NCBI RefSeq assembly: GCF_018977255.1
Contig: NW_024704742.1
Span: 61,258,001-61,322,000 of the forward strand
Length of the DNA stretch: 64,000 nucleotides
Reading direction: 5' to 3'
Origin: Callorhinchus milii
Taxonomy: Eukaryota
Shown: positions 1-12,200 of the stretch, piece by piece
Layout of the letters: the number at the start of each line of letters is the position of its first letter
How positions within the stretch are numbered: the stretch's first letter is position 1
Program-made: the position numbers and the translations under genes
The notes under the pieces: model-generated
What the model saw: the letters and a program-made list of their open reading frames with translations, nothing else
Database searches by the model: none
Told to the model about the DNA's origin: nothing

Positions 1-1415
1 GCAAGACCGTGGAGGGCTTTGAAGGTGAGGACCTTGGAACTGTATCCTCTGTGGAAGCCAGTGGAGTTGGGCGAGGATGGGGTGATAGGATCATGGAGTC
101 TAGTACGGGAGAGAAGGCGAGCTGCAGAGTTCTGGATGATCTGCTGCCTATTGAGGGAGGAGTTGGGGAGGCTGACAAGCAGTGAGTCTGCATAGTCGAG
201 GCTCGATGTAATGTAAGCTTGTATGAGGGTTCTGGCGGCCTGCGGTGTGAGACAGTGGCGGAGCTGGACAATGTTGTGGAGGTGGGGGAAGCAAGATCAT
301 GTCATGGCGCAGATGTGCGGTAGAAAGGATAGTTGAGGGTCAAACAAGACCCCAAGGTTCTGGACTGGCTTAGTGAGGTGGAGTGTGTATCCGTGGATGG
401 TAATGCTGTCAGCGCCTGGGGTGAGGAGGCGCTGATGGGAACCAATCAGGAGAGCCTCGGTCTTATTGATGTTCAACTGTAGAAAGTTAGCTCTCATCCA
501 GGACTTGATGTCTGACAGACACTCTGTCAGGACAGCAGTGGTCCTGGAGTCAAGGGTGGAGGCAGAGAGGTAGAGTTGGGTGTCATCCACATACATGTGG
601 AAGTTGACCCTATGTCTGCAGATGATGTCACCAAGAGGGAGCATATGGATATTGAGGAGGAGGCGACCATGGACAGAGCCCTGAGGAACTCCACACGAGA
701 TGTTGCGGGGGCTAGAAGCCATTTGTGGAAATGAAGTGCAAGGGGTGTGAGAGATACGATCTGAACCAGTCAAGGCCAGAGCCATGAAGGTTGAGGTGAG
801 AGGAGAGGTGGTTGATAAGGATAGAGTGGTCTACGGTGTTGAAAGCAGCAGAGAGGATGAGGAGGCAGAGGGAGCCCTTGTCACAGATGAACAGAATATA
901 ATTTGTCACTTTGACCAAGGCTGTTTCTGTGCTGTGGGTGCCATTGGAAACCTGATGGTAAGGGTTCATGAAGGGAGTGGCGGGAGAGGAAGGAGCGAAA
1001 CTGAGAAGTAACAACTCATTCCAGGACCTTGGAGAGGAACGGGAGGTTGGAGATGGGCAGTAGTTTGGGAGTAGAGATGGGTCCAGGGAGGGTTTTTTAA
1101 GAACAGGAGTGATAACAGTGTTTTTTAATGGGGTGGGAACAATACCAGGGGACAGGGAGAGGTTTTTGATGTCAGTGAGCAGAGGGGAAAGGAAGTGGAG
1201 CTGGGAGGTAAGGAGAGGGTTAGGGATGGGGTCGAGGGAGCAGGTGGTCTGTTTCATGTGGGCTATGGTGGTGATGAGAGAGGAGGGAGAGACAGATTTG
1301 AAGGTGTGGAGGGAGGGATGGGTAGGGGCCAGGGTGGGAGTGGGTGATGGGGAGGGGGTAGCAGATGGAAGCACAGAGGCAGCTGAGTGGATTCCCTCGA
1401 CTTTGGATTCAACCC
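1..1415 (-). mobile_element. L2-clade LINE fragment (reverse transcriptase region, frameshifted; runs off window start)
   Basis: ORFs 297-785 and 712-1422 give [46 protein letters not shown] and NFLQLNINKTE, all typical L2 RT motifs. Confidence 0.95.
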
Positions 1416-2169
1416 TATCCATTCAGGCTTTAGCTTGCAGGATTAACAGGAACTAAGTGGGAAAAATCACTGCCACAAGTGACTGGTCTGCCCCTGCACG
1501 TCCTGCTGATGAGCCAGTCTGGCTGGGGTGTCATCAGCAGTGGTCTGGAGTAATGTGACTCAGGAACTGGAATACCAAGACCGCCACAGCAGGTTGACTC
1601 GATTCCGACATTTCATTGCCAAACAAGTCACTTTGGAGCCAGTGCAACTCCCAGGAGACCCCGCTCACCTCCCCTCAAGCAGTGCAGTCACTATTAATAT
1701 TTTTGAAGTAAAATCATTTTCAGGGAATGAGCTGAAAATTTTACGGATGATGTCCGCCCACAGAGATCAGAGTTTCTCTGGCCTGGACAGCACTCTAAAG
1801 GCTAATGACCCATTGAGCCACTGGAAAAGCTATCCTTTCAAATATTCTCACTTGTCACATTTCTCTGTGTTCCTGCTAATCATGCTCAGCTCGCAATGAG
1901 GAATCCAGTCACCAGCCTGCAGGTTACCTCTGGTCAGAACAATGCATTGTAAATAAGTAGAAATGAAATGGTGGATATTATAAGTTACAGCAGATAACCC
2001 ATGACACAGTGAAAGTTCTCATCCATATCACAGGATGCTTTTATTTCAATTTTGTTTTAAAAGAGACTGTCTCTTCTGATTACAGCCAGGAATCTGTTCA
2101 AGGATGACTATTATTCCTATTTGCTTTGCCTGAGTCAAAAGCATACATAATAGTATCTATTTTATCGCA

Positions 2170-2610
2170 TATCACACTTTCTGCATCATCTAGCTCCCCC
2201 TCCCCTTCCTCTACCAGTTACATCATCAACCTCTGGCACAAACTGCCCCCTCCCTTGCAAAGCTTCCATCAAATTCAAGAAACCCTTACTTGCACCCCCA
2301 TGGTTTTCAGCTCCTGACTCATCTCCAGCCTATCCGTTCGCTTCAAGATGTTGGAACAAGTTGATGCCTCCCAGCTTCACTCTTGCCTCTCCCAGGATTC
2401 AATTCCATATGCTTCCCCTTAGTGACGTCATCTATAAGTGTGGAGTCCATTTCCACATATACATGGATGCAACCGGACTCTATATCTCCATCTTATCTCT
2501 TGATTCCAGCTTCACCCCTCCCTGCCCCACCTTTAAAGCCCATTTTAAAGAACTTTCTTTTCAACGACATATTTATACCCCAAGCTTGGGCTCCCACTTG
2601 GCATTCTGAA
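2170..2610 (+). mobile_element. Highly decayed L2 LINE fragment
   Basis: ORF 2361-2609 has MLPLSDVIYKCGVHFHIYMDATGLY, a degenerate form of the YADDTQLY region. Confidence 0.75.
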
Positions 2611-3714
2611 ACACATTGAGATGTACTTTCGTTAAACTTAGGATGGTGTAAAATTGTGAAAATTGCTTAACTTTGGTCTTAAATTGGAAGACAGAATTTT
2701 GTAGTTCATCAAAATAAAACTTCCAAATGAAGTCTAAATTTACCACTTTCTGTGCCATTTTGACCCTTGAGATCAATAATAGTACTTGCATATGATATAT
2801 CTCCTTATCACGTTGTTGATACATCTCAAAGTGCTTCACAGAATATACTGTAAAGTGAATTGACTATATTTTGTGGGCTATATATATATGTAAACAATAT
2901 GGATGTATGGTCTTTCAGGCTAAGACAAGGTAACATTTCAGACCTGTAGCATTTTTAACCTGTCAATCATATAATATATGTATATTAGTTAAAAAATCCT
3001 ATAATTTTGCTTCATAACTGTAACATTATTCCTTATTATATCCTCTTGTGATTCACTTATCTGTCATAATCTGTATTAATGTAATTACATAAACCTCTCA
3101 CATTATTGCATTTAATCAATTATTTTAGCTTTGATTTTAACTATCAAGAGCAGTTATTCTATTGAAAGCATATCTATCAAAAATAGATAATGCAAGCAGA
3201 ATGATTTAATCTCAAAAAATACGTTAGGGATTATGTGAGTGCCTCAATAAATTATGGTTTTATTACTCACTTCCATCTGTAATCCTGCGTCACTTTATGT
3301 ATTCATCAGGGTGAACAACATATGCAGGAATTAAAAGATTCAGTTATGAAGCCAACCCAAATGGCTTTTGTTTTTAAATCTTGATAACATCACTTTTAAT
3401 TCCTGTATAAATACAGTAGAGAACCTGATATCTGCACTTTGAACAAATTGCATGGTAACTATACAAAGCCATGGTGAAAACAGACCAAGTTTAGACTCCT
3501 CTAGGATTTGATGTCTGGCAGGCGATGTCAGACATCAAATCGGTGACACACCGATGTCAGAACATCGGTGCACTCTGGAGGAACACTTTCTCCCCCTCCC
3601 ATCCTAGTTAGACCATGCCTGTGCTTAATTACAAATCTCCCAACACTTCACTTCACAATAACAACTTGAATTTATGTAGCATCTTTTACATCAAATAACA
3701 TCTTGGAACGTCCA

Positions 3715-4010
3715 TTAGATGAGATGTTAAACTGAGGACCTCTCTGCCTATTCAGGTGGGCATCAAAGCTCTCATGGCACAATTCAAAAAAAGAAGGAAA
3801 TTTCTCCCGGTGTCCTGACCAACAGTTCCCTCAAATAAAATCAGTCTTTCACTTCATAGTTGTTTGTGGGATGTTGCTGTGTGCAAATTGGCTGCTGCAT
3901 TTGCCTGAAAATAAACAGTCACTCTACTTCACAGTAAATTTGCTGTGAAGTGCTTCGTGACATCCTCCCAATGTGAAAGGCGCTATACCAAATACAACTA
4001 TTAGTATTAC
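3715..4010 (+). mobile_element. Old tRNA/Deu-domain SINE, 5'-truncated
   Basis: Contains gatgagatgttaaactgagg and tgtttgtgggatgttgctgtgtgcaaattggctgctgc (Deu-type), then the L2-like tail tgtgaaaggcgctata. Confidence 0.8.
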
Positions 4011-4029
4011 ATTGCTTAAACTGGCGAAG

Positions 4030-4470
4030 AGTACACTAAGCAGGTGGGGAGGCCAGAGGGAGAGGGGGGAAAGGGAGGTGACCATAAGTATTGTTGAAGA
4101 ATAGGTTTTCAGATGGGACTTGAATATAGATTGGGGGGGGATGGAGGGATCAAGGGAAGGAGTTCCAGAGGTTAGGATTCAAAAGCTAGGCCACCGAGAT
4201 GTACAATAAGTCTGAGATAGCCAACTACAACAACTTGCATTTACATAGTGCCCTCCATGCCGGGCAGCATCTCAGAGCATTTAACAATGGTGGAGTCCGT
4301 GACCGAGTCAGGGGTAGGGGGAAGGTGACCGTGGGTATGAGATAGTGAAGGAAGCGAGCAGAGGAGTGGGGGAGGAGGAGGTTGGAACGATAGTGATTTG
4401 AGGTTGAGGCAGAGCACCTAATCTTGAAATTGATCTAATGTGAGACAGGGAGCCTGGCGTGGACTGGAGT
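4030..4470 (-). mobile_element. L2 3'-end fragments
   Basis: Contains caacaacttgcatttacatagtgccctcca (reverse complement of an L2 tail) and GA-rich L2 3' sequence. Confidence 0.75.
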
Positions 4471-4589
4471 TTAGTTTCTAACTTCAGCAAGTGCGGTTAA
4501 GTGGGCATGCACTTACCTGTTACCTATATGGGATTTTTCTAATGTTCTTGTGGGTAAAGGTTCTGTTTACAGTAGCGTTAATCCATACT

Positions 4590-5375
4590 GTTTGCTGAGT
4601 TGGCTGATCTGGGTCACGGCAGAAAAGAAGGTGTTTCAATTGTCAGTGTTCTCCTGATCGTTCTCTAGTGACTAATGTTGGAAAATACCCATCTCTGTAT
4701 GTCAGGTGAAGACAGACCCAGACAGGTTGTGATGCATCACAGGCTCACATAGGAAGAAATTTACTTATGATAATAATGCCTGGCTCAGTTGGTAGAACTC
4801 TTGCCTCCAAGTCAGAAACTTGTGAGTTCAAGCCCCGTGTTGGAACTTTGAACTCATATAGACAAGGTTCACACTCCATTGCAGTGCTGGAGGTGTGCTG
4901 CAATGTCAGACTTTCTTTGAATTTGATGTTAAACTGAGGTTCTGTTTGCCTGTTAGGTGCACGTTAAAGATGCCATGATAGAATTTTTAAAGAGATGGGA
5001 ATTTCTCCCAAGGTCTGGTCAACAATGCCCCAGATAAATTTGTCAGTTACTTCCAGACTGTTTGTGGGACAATAATGTGTGCAAATTGGCTGCTGCATTC
5101 ACTACAAATACACACAGTCATAACACTTTGCAGTAAAACCCTGTGAAGCACTTTGAGATGTCTTGATGACATGTTAAGATGCAAAACCAAGGACTACTAT
5201 CTTATTACAGTATTTGATTTATTTCACAGTAGGAGGATGTCTCAAAGCGCTTCACTGGATTTAGTGTGAGGTGTAGTGACTGTTTATATTAGGTGAACTT
5301 GGACCAGATAATGGAGGATAAATGGTACTTGTGGAGCTCTAACCAGCTTGAGTCAGCACCTTCAGGAGGGAAGCA
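4590..5375 (+). mobile_element. Ancient interspersed repeat (SINE-like), split by nested SINE insertions
   Basis: 4590-4760 and 5310-5375 match successive parts of the copy at 55450-55750 and the minus-strand piece at 10985-11090. Confidence 0.6.
4780..5205 (+). mobile_element. Old tRNA/Deu-domain SINE, near full length (SacSINE1-like)
   Basis: A box tggctcagttggtag, B box gagttcaagccc, Deu-type body and tail ctgtgaagcactttgag. Confidence 0.85.
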
Positions 5376-6420
5376 CATATTCAATAAAACACAGTAAAAA
5401 ATTATCTGGTCAACAAATAGCAACAAAAACATTCAACTTTTTTTATTCTGCAGACATGTACATTACTGGCTGGGCTTCTGTTAATAGAAGTTCTGTATTG
5501 TATTACTGTCAGTAATATTGGTACATTTGAGATCATTTGACTGAATTTTAGAATTAGTCAGCAAAGGAACTATTCACAATCTAAGCTAGTGAAGTCAATA
5601 TTACAGAACAGTATTTCTGAATGGATTTCGTAATTAAGAAAATCTAGAGTGGTGACAACTTATGGTGACTTGAAGTGTATCATACACAACAACAACTTTA
5701 TACAGGGTGCTTCACATGAGGTAGTGTCTTGGATCGATTAATAGTAGCGGAGCTTAATGCTGAGCCAAGGAGAGAGGAGAGATGATCGAAGAGAAAGGTC
5801 TTCATTGAACAAGAAATCTGGTAAGAAATAGCACAAAATCAAGCAGTCTCACTGGAATAACCAAGACAATAAAATGCATCAACCTTCTAATACTCCATGG
5901 TTAGAGATTCCACTGGCTGACTAGGAGTTATGATTTTCCTGTCACCATCTTACAGCTCCATCCTGTCATACCACAATTAGTTGACATGACAAGCAATGAG
6001 ATAAAACAATATTTATTTGACGAATGGTCCACCGTAACACAGATCGCAATCAATTGACGTGCAAAAATCAAAACATGGAAGCCGATTAATGCCCTTCAAG
6101 AAGATAGCATGAATACCGGCTGCTCATCTCATCACTGGGTGGGGAAGTGGCTTAAAATATGAAAAATGTGACAACAACTCCCTCTGCTGTGAAAATCTAG
6201 CAAAAACACATTTCTATCTAGTTAACAAACATCAGGGGGGAATTGTAGAGAACTGCAGTAAGGATATTTACTGGATATTGCAGGACAATTCAGTTTGACT
6301 GGCTATTGTCTCTCTATATAGTGTTAAAGTGCTATGGGTCCCAGGCACTGCCCCTTGAGGACCTCCAATGTAAACAGTAAATCGACCGAGGCAAACTGCA
6401 GATCCACTTGGAGTCACACA

Positions 6421-6568
6421 ATAATAATAATCCTTGCATTTGATATAGCGCTTTTTACATCGGGAGGAGGTCCCAAAGCGCTTCACAGAACACACTGTAA
6501 AGTGAATTGACTGTATATTTGTGGGCGAACGCGGCAGCCAATTGTGCACAGCAATGTCCCACAAACAG
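6421..6568 (-). mobile_element. Young SINE 3' half (short-subfamily tail) fused to an L2
   Basis: Near-identical to the 3' half of the copies at 20995 and 56229, with an (ATT)n tail. Confidence 0.93.
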
Positions 6569-7875
6569 TTCAGCTGTAGAAAGTTGGCTCTCATCCAGGA
6601 CTTGATGTCTGACAGACATTCTGTCAGGACAGCAGTGGTCCTGGAGTCGAGGATCACGGCAGAGATAGAGTTGGGTGTCATCCGCGTACATGTGGAAGTT
6701 GACCCCATGTCTGCGGATGATAGGGGAAGCATGTAGAGGTTAAAGAGGAGGGGACCGAGGACAGAGCCCTGAGGAACACTGCACAAGACTGTGAGGGGGC
6801 TGGAAGAGAAATCGTTGGCGGAGACAAATTGGAGATGGTGTGAGAGATAAGACCTGAACCATTCAAGGACAAAACCTTAAAGGTTGATGTGAGAAGAGAG
6901 GAGGAGGTGGAGGATGGAGTGGTCCATGGTATCGAAGGCAGCAGAGAGGTTGAGGAGGATGAGGTGGCAGAGGGAGCCCTGGTCATAGATGGACATAATG
7001 TAATTTGTCACTTTGACCAGGGCTGTTTCTGTGCTGTGAGCAGCACGGAAACCCGATTGGAGGGGTTTGTGAAGAGAGTGGTAGTAGAGAAGGGGCTTAG
7101 CTGGGAAGCAACAAATCTTTCAATGACCTTGGAAAGAAATGGAGATTGGAGATGGGCCGGTATTTAGAAAGCAGAGATGGGTCCAGGGAAGGTATTTTTT
7201 CAGGACGGGGGTCATTATAACTGTTTTTAGGTGGCTGGGAACTGTGCCAGATGATAGGGAGAGATTAATGGTGTCGGAAAGTAGAAGGGCAAGGTGGTGG
7301 AGCTGGGAGGTAAGAAGAGGTGTGGGGATGGAGTCAAGGGAGTAGGTGGTGTGTTTCATGCTGGATATGGTAGTGATGAGGGACAGGTTGTCAGCGAACA
7401 GGAGAGAGGACAAGTCCGAGGAGATAGAGCAGGAGGGTGTGAAGTGAGGTTTTAACTTGCCGAGGATGAGAAGGCATTCAGAACAGAGGCAGATAGAAGC
7501 TAGGAGGGTGGAGACATCAGAGTTGAAGGTGGAGGAGGTTTTGGGGGGGCAGTAAATGAGGAGAATTTTGAAGGAAAGATTGGAGGGATGGTAAAGGGTA
7601 AGGTGCTCGAATGAGGGGAAAGAGCCAAAGGAGTAGGGGGATAGAGCAAGTGAGGGCCACACCACCGCCACAGTGGTTGGGACGTGAGGTATGGTGGGAG
7701 GTATAGCCAGGTGGTGTGGCCTCAGTGAGGGGTAAGGTGTCGGTGAGGGCCATGATTTCGATATTTTCATCAACGATGAAGTCATTGATGGTCAGAGCCT
7801 TGTCGCTGAGGCAGCGAACATTTTGTAGTCTGGTGCAGAGGGGACAGTTACCTGGGGAATGTGTGAGAAGGAAGG
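6569..7875 (-). mobile_element. L2 LINE fragment with APE endonuclease N-terminus and RT, large internal deletion near 7390
   Basis: LQNVRCLSDKALTINDFIVDENIEIMALTDT (endonuclease) and GGGVA, then [18 protein letters not shown] and MYADDTQLY. Confidence 0.93.
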
Positions 7876-8029
7876 GGATGATGGAGGGATTGGCAGGTAG
7901 AATGGGAATGAGGATGAGTAGCTTTATTATTGTAATAATGTTGTTCATTTTCACCCACAAAACATACATTTACTCTACATTATATTATGTGAAGCACGTT
8001 GACATATCCTCCCAATGTGAAAGGTACTA

Positions 8030-9203
8030 TACCTGCCCTGCCCACAATACAGAGACAGCACTTGTCAAAGTCACAAATGACATCCTCTCTATCTAGACCA
8101 GGGCTCCCTCTGCCTTCTCGTCCTCCTGGATTTCTCAGCCGCATTTGACACAGCCAACCACGCCAAATCTCGGCAAATGGTTTCTACTCCCGCCCCCGCC
8201 CAGTCACCTGCAGGGTACCCCAGGGCTCCATCCTTGGCCTTCTTCTTTTCCTTATCTATACGCTCCCTCTGGGCGATGTCATCCACAGACACGGGGTAAA
8301 CTTCCACAGGTATGTGGATGACACACAAATCTACTTAGCCTCCTCCAGTACCAACTTCAATGTTCTATCAGCCTGTCTGGCAGACATCAAGGCCTGGAAG
8401 AGTGCAACTTCCTGCAGCTGAATGGGGACAAGATGGAAGCTGTACTCCTTGGCTCCTGTCAACATTTTCACTCAACTCTTCAACCTCCCTGTGCGCTCCC
8501 TCAGACTCATGAACCAGTGTGCAATCTAGGCATCTAGTTTGACCCCCAACTTTCCTTCCTCGCCCACATCCGGTCACTGACCAGGAACGCCTTCTTCCAC
8601 CTCCACCACATTGCTCGCCTCTGACCGTACCTTATCCCAAATGCAGCCGAAACTCTCGTGCATGCATTTGTCACCTCCCGCCTGGATTACTCAAATGCAC
8701 TCCTCGCCGATCTCCACAGCTCCACAGAATATTCAAAAATTCCAGCTCATTCAGAACACTGCTGCCCACATATTGACCTGGACCAAACTCCGTACCCACA
8801 TCTCACCAGTTCTGGCCAGGGTCCACTGTCTCCCCATCACCAAATGGATCAACTTCAAGATCCTCACTCTCGTGTTCAAATCCATTCACTCCCTGGCACC
8901 TCCCTACCTCTCCGACCTCCTCACATCCCAATCCACCACCCAGCTCCTCCACACGACTGGCACCGGCCTCCTGCTCATCCCTCCCACCATCCATTCTAGC
9001 ATTGAAGGTCGCGCTTCCAGCCACTACATCCCAATACTTTGGAACACTCTCCCTCAATCCCTCCGCCTTGCCCCCTCTCTCCCATTTTTCCTTAAAACCT
9101 TCCTTTTCTACAATGCTTACGGTCACCCCAACACCCCGTGCTCGGAGTCAGGCTCCACCACCTGCATGGAGGGCACTATATAAGTGCAAGTTGTTGTTGT
9201 TGT
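8030..9203 (+). mobile_element. L2 LINE fragment with 3' end (tail type B)
   Basis: [28 protein letters not shown] and INFKILTLVFKSIH; ends ggagggcactatataagtgcaag(TTG)n. Confidence 0.93.
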
Positions 9204-9379
9204 ACCAAATGTGAGGATTATTTTCATTGTTTCAGTCACAACCCCCCCCACCCCCCCATCTCCCGAAAAATGGCAATGGCCATTCTAGGGAAGCTGGAAT
9301 ATCCTTGGATGCAGCAGTCCAATGTTTAATAGTGCCTGACTTACATATGTTAAACAATTGCCTCTCTTGTGCGAATTGC

Positions 9380-10640
9380 ATGCTGTAATGAATTGTTGCT
9401 TCTCAGCTTCGCTCCTTCCTCTCCCGCCATTCCCTTCTTGAACCCCTCCAATCGGGCTTCCATGCTGCCCGCAGCACAGAAACCACCTTGGTCAAAGTGA
9501 CAAATAACATTCTGTCCATCTGCAACCAGGGCTCCCTCTGCCTCCTTGTCCTCCTTGACCTCTCTGCTGCTTTCGACACCGTTGAACACTCTATCCTCAA
9601 CCACCGCCTCTCCTCTCACCTCAACCTCCATGGCGTTGTCCTTGATTGGTTCAGATCGTACCTCTCACACCGCCTGCACTTCATCTCTTCAAATGGCTTC
9701 TCCTCTATCCCCCGGACCGTCTCATGCGGTGTTCCTCAGGGCTCTGTCCTTGGTCCCCTCCTCTTCAACATCTATGTGTTCCCTCTTGGTGACATTATCC
9801 GCAGACATGGGGTCAACTTCCACATGTTTGTGGATGACACCCAACTCTACTTCTCTGCCTCCACCCTTGACTCCAGGACCACTGCTGTCCTGACAGAATA
9901 TCTGTCAGACATCAAGTCCTGGATGAGAGCTAACTTTCTACAGTTGAACATCAACAAGACCGAGGCTCTCCTGATTGGCTCCTGTCAGCGCCTCCTCACC
10001 TTAGGCTCTGACAGCATCACCATCCATGGTTGCACACTCCACCTCACTAAGCCAGTCCAGAACCTTGGGGTCTTGTTTGACCCTCAACTATCCTTTTTGC
10101 CAGACATCTGTGCCATGACCCGCTCTGCCTTCCCCCACCTCTGCAACGTAGCCTGGCTTTGACACTGTCTCACACCGCAGGCCTCCGAAACCCTCATACA
10201 TGCCTTCATTACATCAAGGCTCGACTATGCAAACTCACTGCTTGTCGGCCTCCCCAACTCCTCCCTCGATAGGCTGCAGATCATCCTGAACTCTACCACC
10301 CTGTTCGCTCCCTCCGCTCAGTGGGCTCCGGCCTACTTCACGTCCCTTGTCTTGCTCGCTCCACTATCGGTAGGCGGGTCTTCCGCCACTCTGCACCCAC
10401 CCTCTGGAACTCCATCCCATAGTCCCTCCGCCTCGCTCCCTCACTCGCCACCTTCAAGACCCATCTTAAGACCCTCCTCTTCGACCGTGCTTTCGATCTC
10501 CCTGCTTCCCCCCCTGCCCTCCACCCTCCCCCATCCTGACCACCAGCTCGGGTCCGTAAACTCTGTCTGTCCAGCGCCTTGGGATGTCCTCCTGATGTGA
10601 AAGGCGCTAAACAAATGTCATTTTGTTGTTGTTGTTGTTG
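9380..10640 (+). mobile_element. L2 LINE fragment, RT to 3' end (tail type A)
   Basis: ORF 9488-10162 has [24 protein letters not shown] and FVDDTQLY; ends tgtgaaaggcgc...(TTG)n. Confidence 0.95.
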
Positions 10641-10984
10641 TAATTTGCTGTTGCCATGGTATTGCTATACTTGTGTTCAATTTGGAACTTTGGATGTAAT
10701 TGCAGGGCTTGGCCTGTTGGTGACGCTATTGCCTTGTGACTAAACGTCCTGTATCATGATGTATTCTATGACAGCCCAAAGCAGGAGTCCAAAGAGATAA
10801 TATGTATGTTAAGGTGTCCTCATGTATCTCAAATAATCTGGTCAGAAAGTTGTTAAATATAACTGAAATCATGAATTGCAGTGAGGAAACATAAATAGAT
10901 AATGCCCAAAGCAACTGACTTCCTATATTTAGCATGTTATTATTATTAATACCATGTGTCAGGTGACTATTTAATTACATGCTT

Positions 10985-11090
10985 TTCCTCCCATCCCCTG
11001 AAGGTGCTAACTTGCCTAAGGAACAGTTTCCGAGTTTCTGGTCGACCTCCAGTATCTAACCCAAGAAGCCATTCTTTATGTATGAGCAAA
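10985..11090 (-). mobile_element. 3' piece of the ancient repeat also at 4590-5375 and 55450-55750
   Basis: cccctgaaggtgctaact is the reverse complement of agtcagcaccttcagga (5350-5367), with 2 mismatches. Confidence 0.5.
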
Positions 11091-11399
11091 CTATTATCTA
11101 GGGCCTGGAGTTAAGTTAAATTTTTAATGATGTGACAATGAATACTGGTGATAAGTATCACAAGGCACGTAGCAATTTTCACTCAAAGATTTTGGTCTTA
11201 AATTTCCTACATCAATTTATTTATTTGTAATCCATTGAAGTGTGGTTCGTGTTAAAGAGGTAGATTCAGAAAATTGTTGGTTGAAAAAAACATTCAGGCA
11301 CTCCTTATGTGGGTAAGATGGATATTTTCGCATGAGCAGAAGAGAAAGTTTGATGTTTAAAAATAATATGTCTCAAATCTCCTTTGCACAGCTGACTGA

Positions 11400-11900
11400 G
11401 CACTTCAGCCGTGTGGCAGAGGAGGAACTGAGGAAGGCGGGGAAAGGAAAAGATGACTGATAGTGCGGATTGATGAGTTAGATCTTAAGGCGGGCTTCAA
11501 AAGTGGGGAGGGAAGGACAAGGTGGAGGGACTCCGGGATGGAGTTCCAGAGAGCAGGGACAGTACGGCTGAAAGCTCACCCACTAGTCATGGGGTGGATC
11601 GGGCATGAAAAGACTACTGTTTAGTGCTCAGAGTTAAGCACTTCGAGACACTACCCATATGAAGGGCACTATATAAATGCAAGTTGTTGTAATAGTTGTT
11701 AGCTGAGCAGAAGGTGAGGCTGGGTTGGTAGGGTTGTAATAGGGTAAAGTAGGGTGGGTTGTTCATGCAGTGATTTGAATGTGAGGACACAGATCTTGGA
11801 TTCAATCTGCTGGGAGATGGGGAGCCAGCGGAACTAAGCAGTGATGGGGTGATAAGTTCACAGAACCTGGTGCGGGAGAGCACTTCGCTGTGGAATTGTG
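11400..11900 (-). mobile_element. Decayed L2 3' region with a small opposite-strand L2 tail inserted near 11630-11695
   Basis: ORF 11614-11883 and ggagttccagag motifs; inserted gggcactatataaatgcaagttgttg. Confidence 0.75.
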
Positions 11901-12097
11901 AATGGGCTGCAGTTATTTGGTAAATTATTAAAAATTGGGCTTCAACTCAGTGTTTGACTTGTTAAAGAGGTTTTATGGAACAATCCCAAGTTTAAGAAAC
12001 TTTGCAGTGCCATCTAAAATGAGTGTGGAAGAGAAAATGTGAACTGTGAAGGCAGTCGTGAGATCACAAGATTGGTTTGGATGGAGAAGGCTGATCT

Positions 12098-12200
12098 CAT
12101 CCATCCATTCCAATACAAATGAATTTCCATGTGTAGGAAGAATGCATTGGAACTCTCAGTTTGGTTTGGATACTCTTAAGCATGGTGATGAGTGGGGTGT
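12098..12200 (+). repeat. Unclassified repeat family X, copy 1
   Basis: ggaactctcagtttggtttggatactcttaagcatggtgatg is shared with 18421, 35630 and 42385. Confidence 0.75.
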
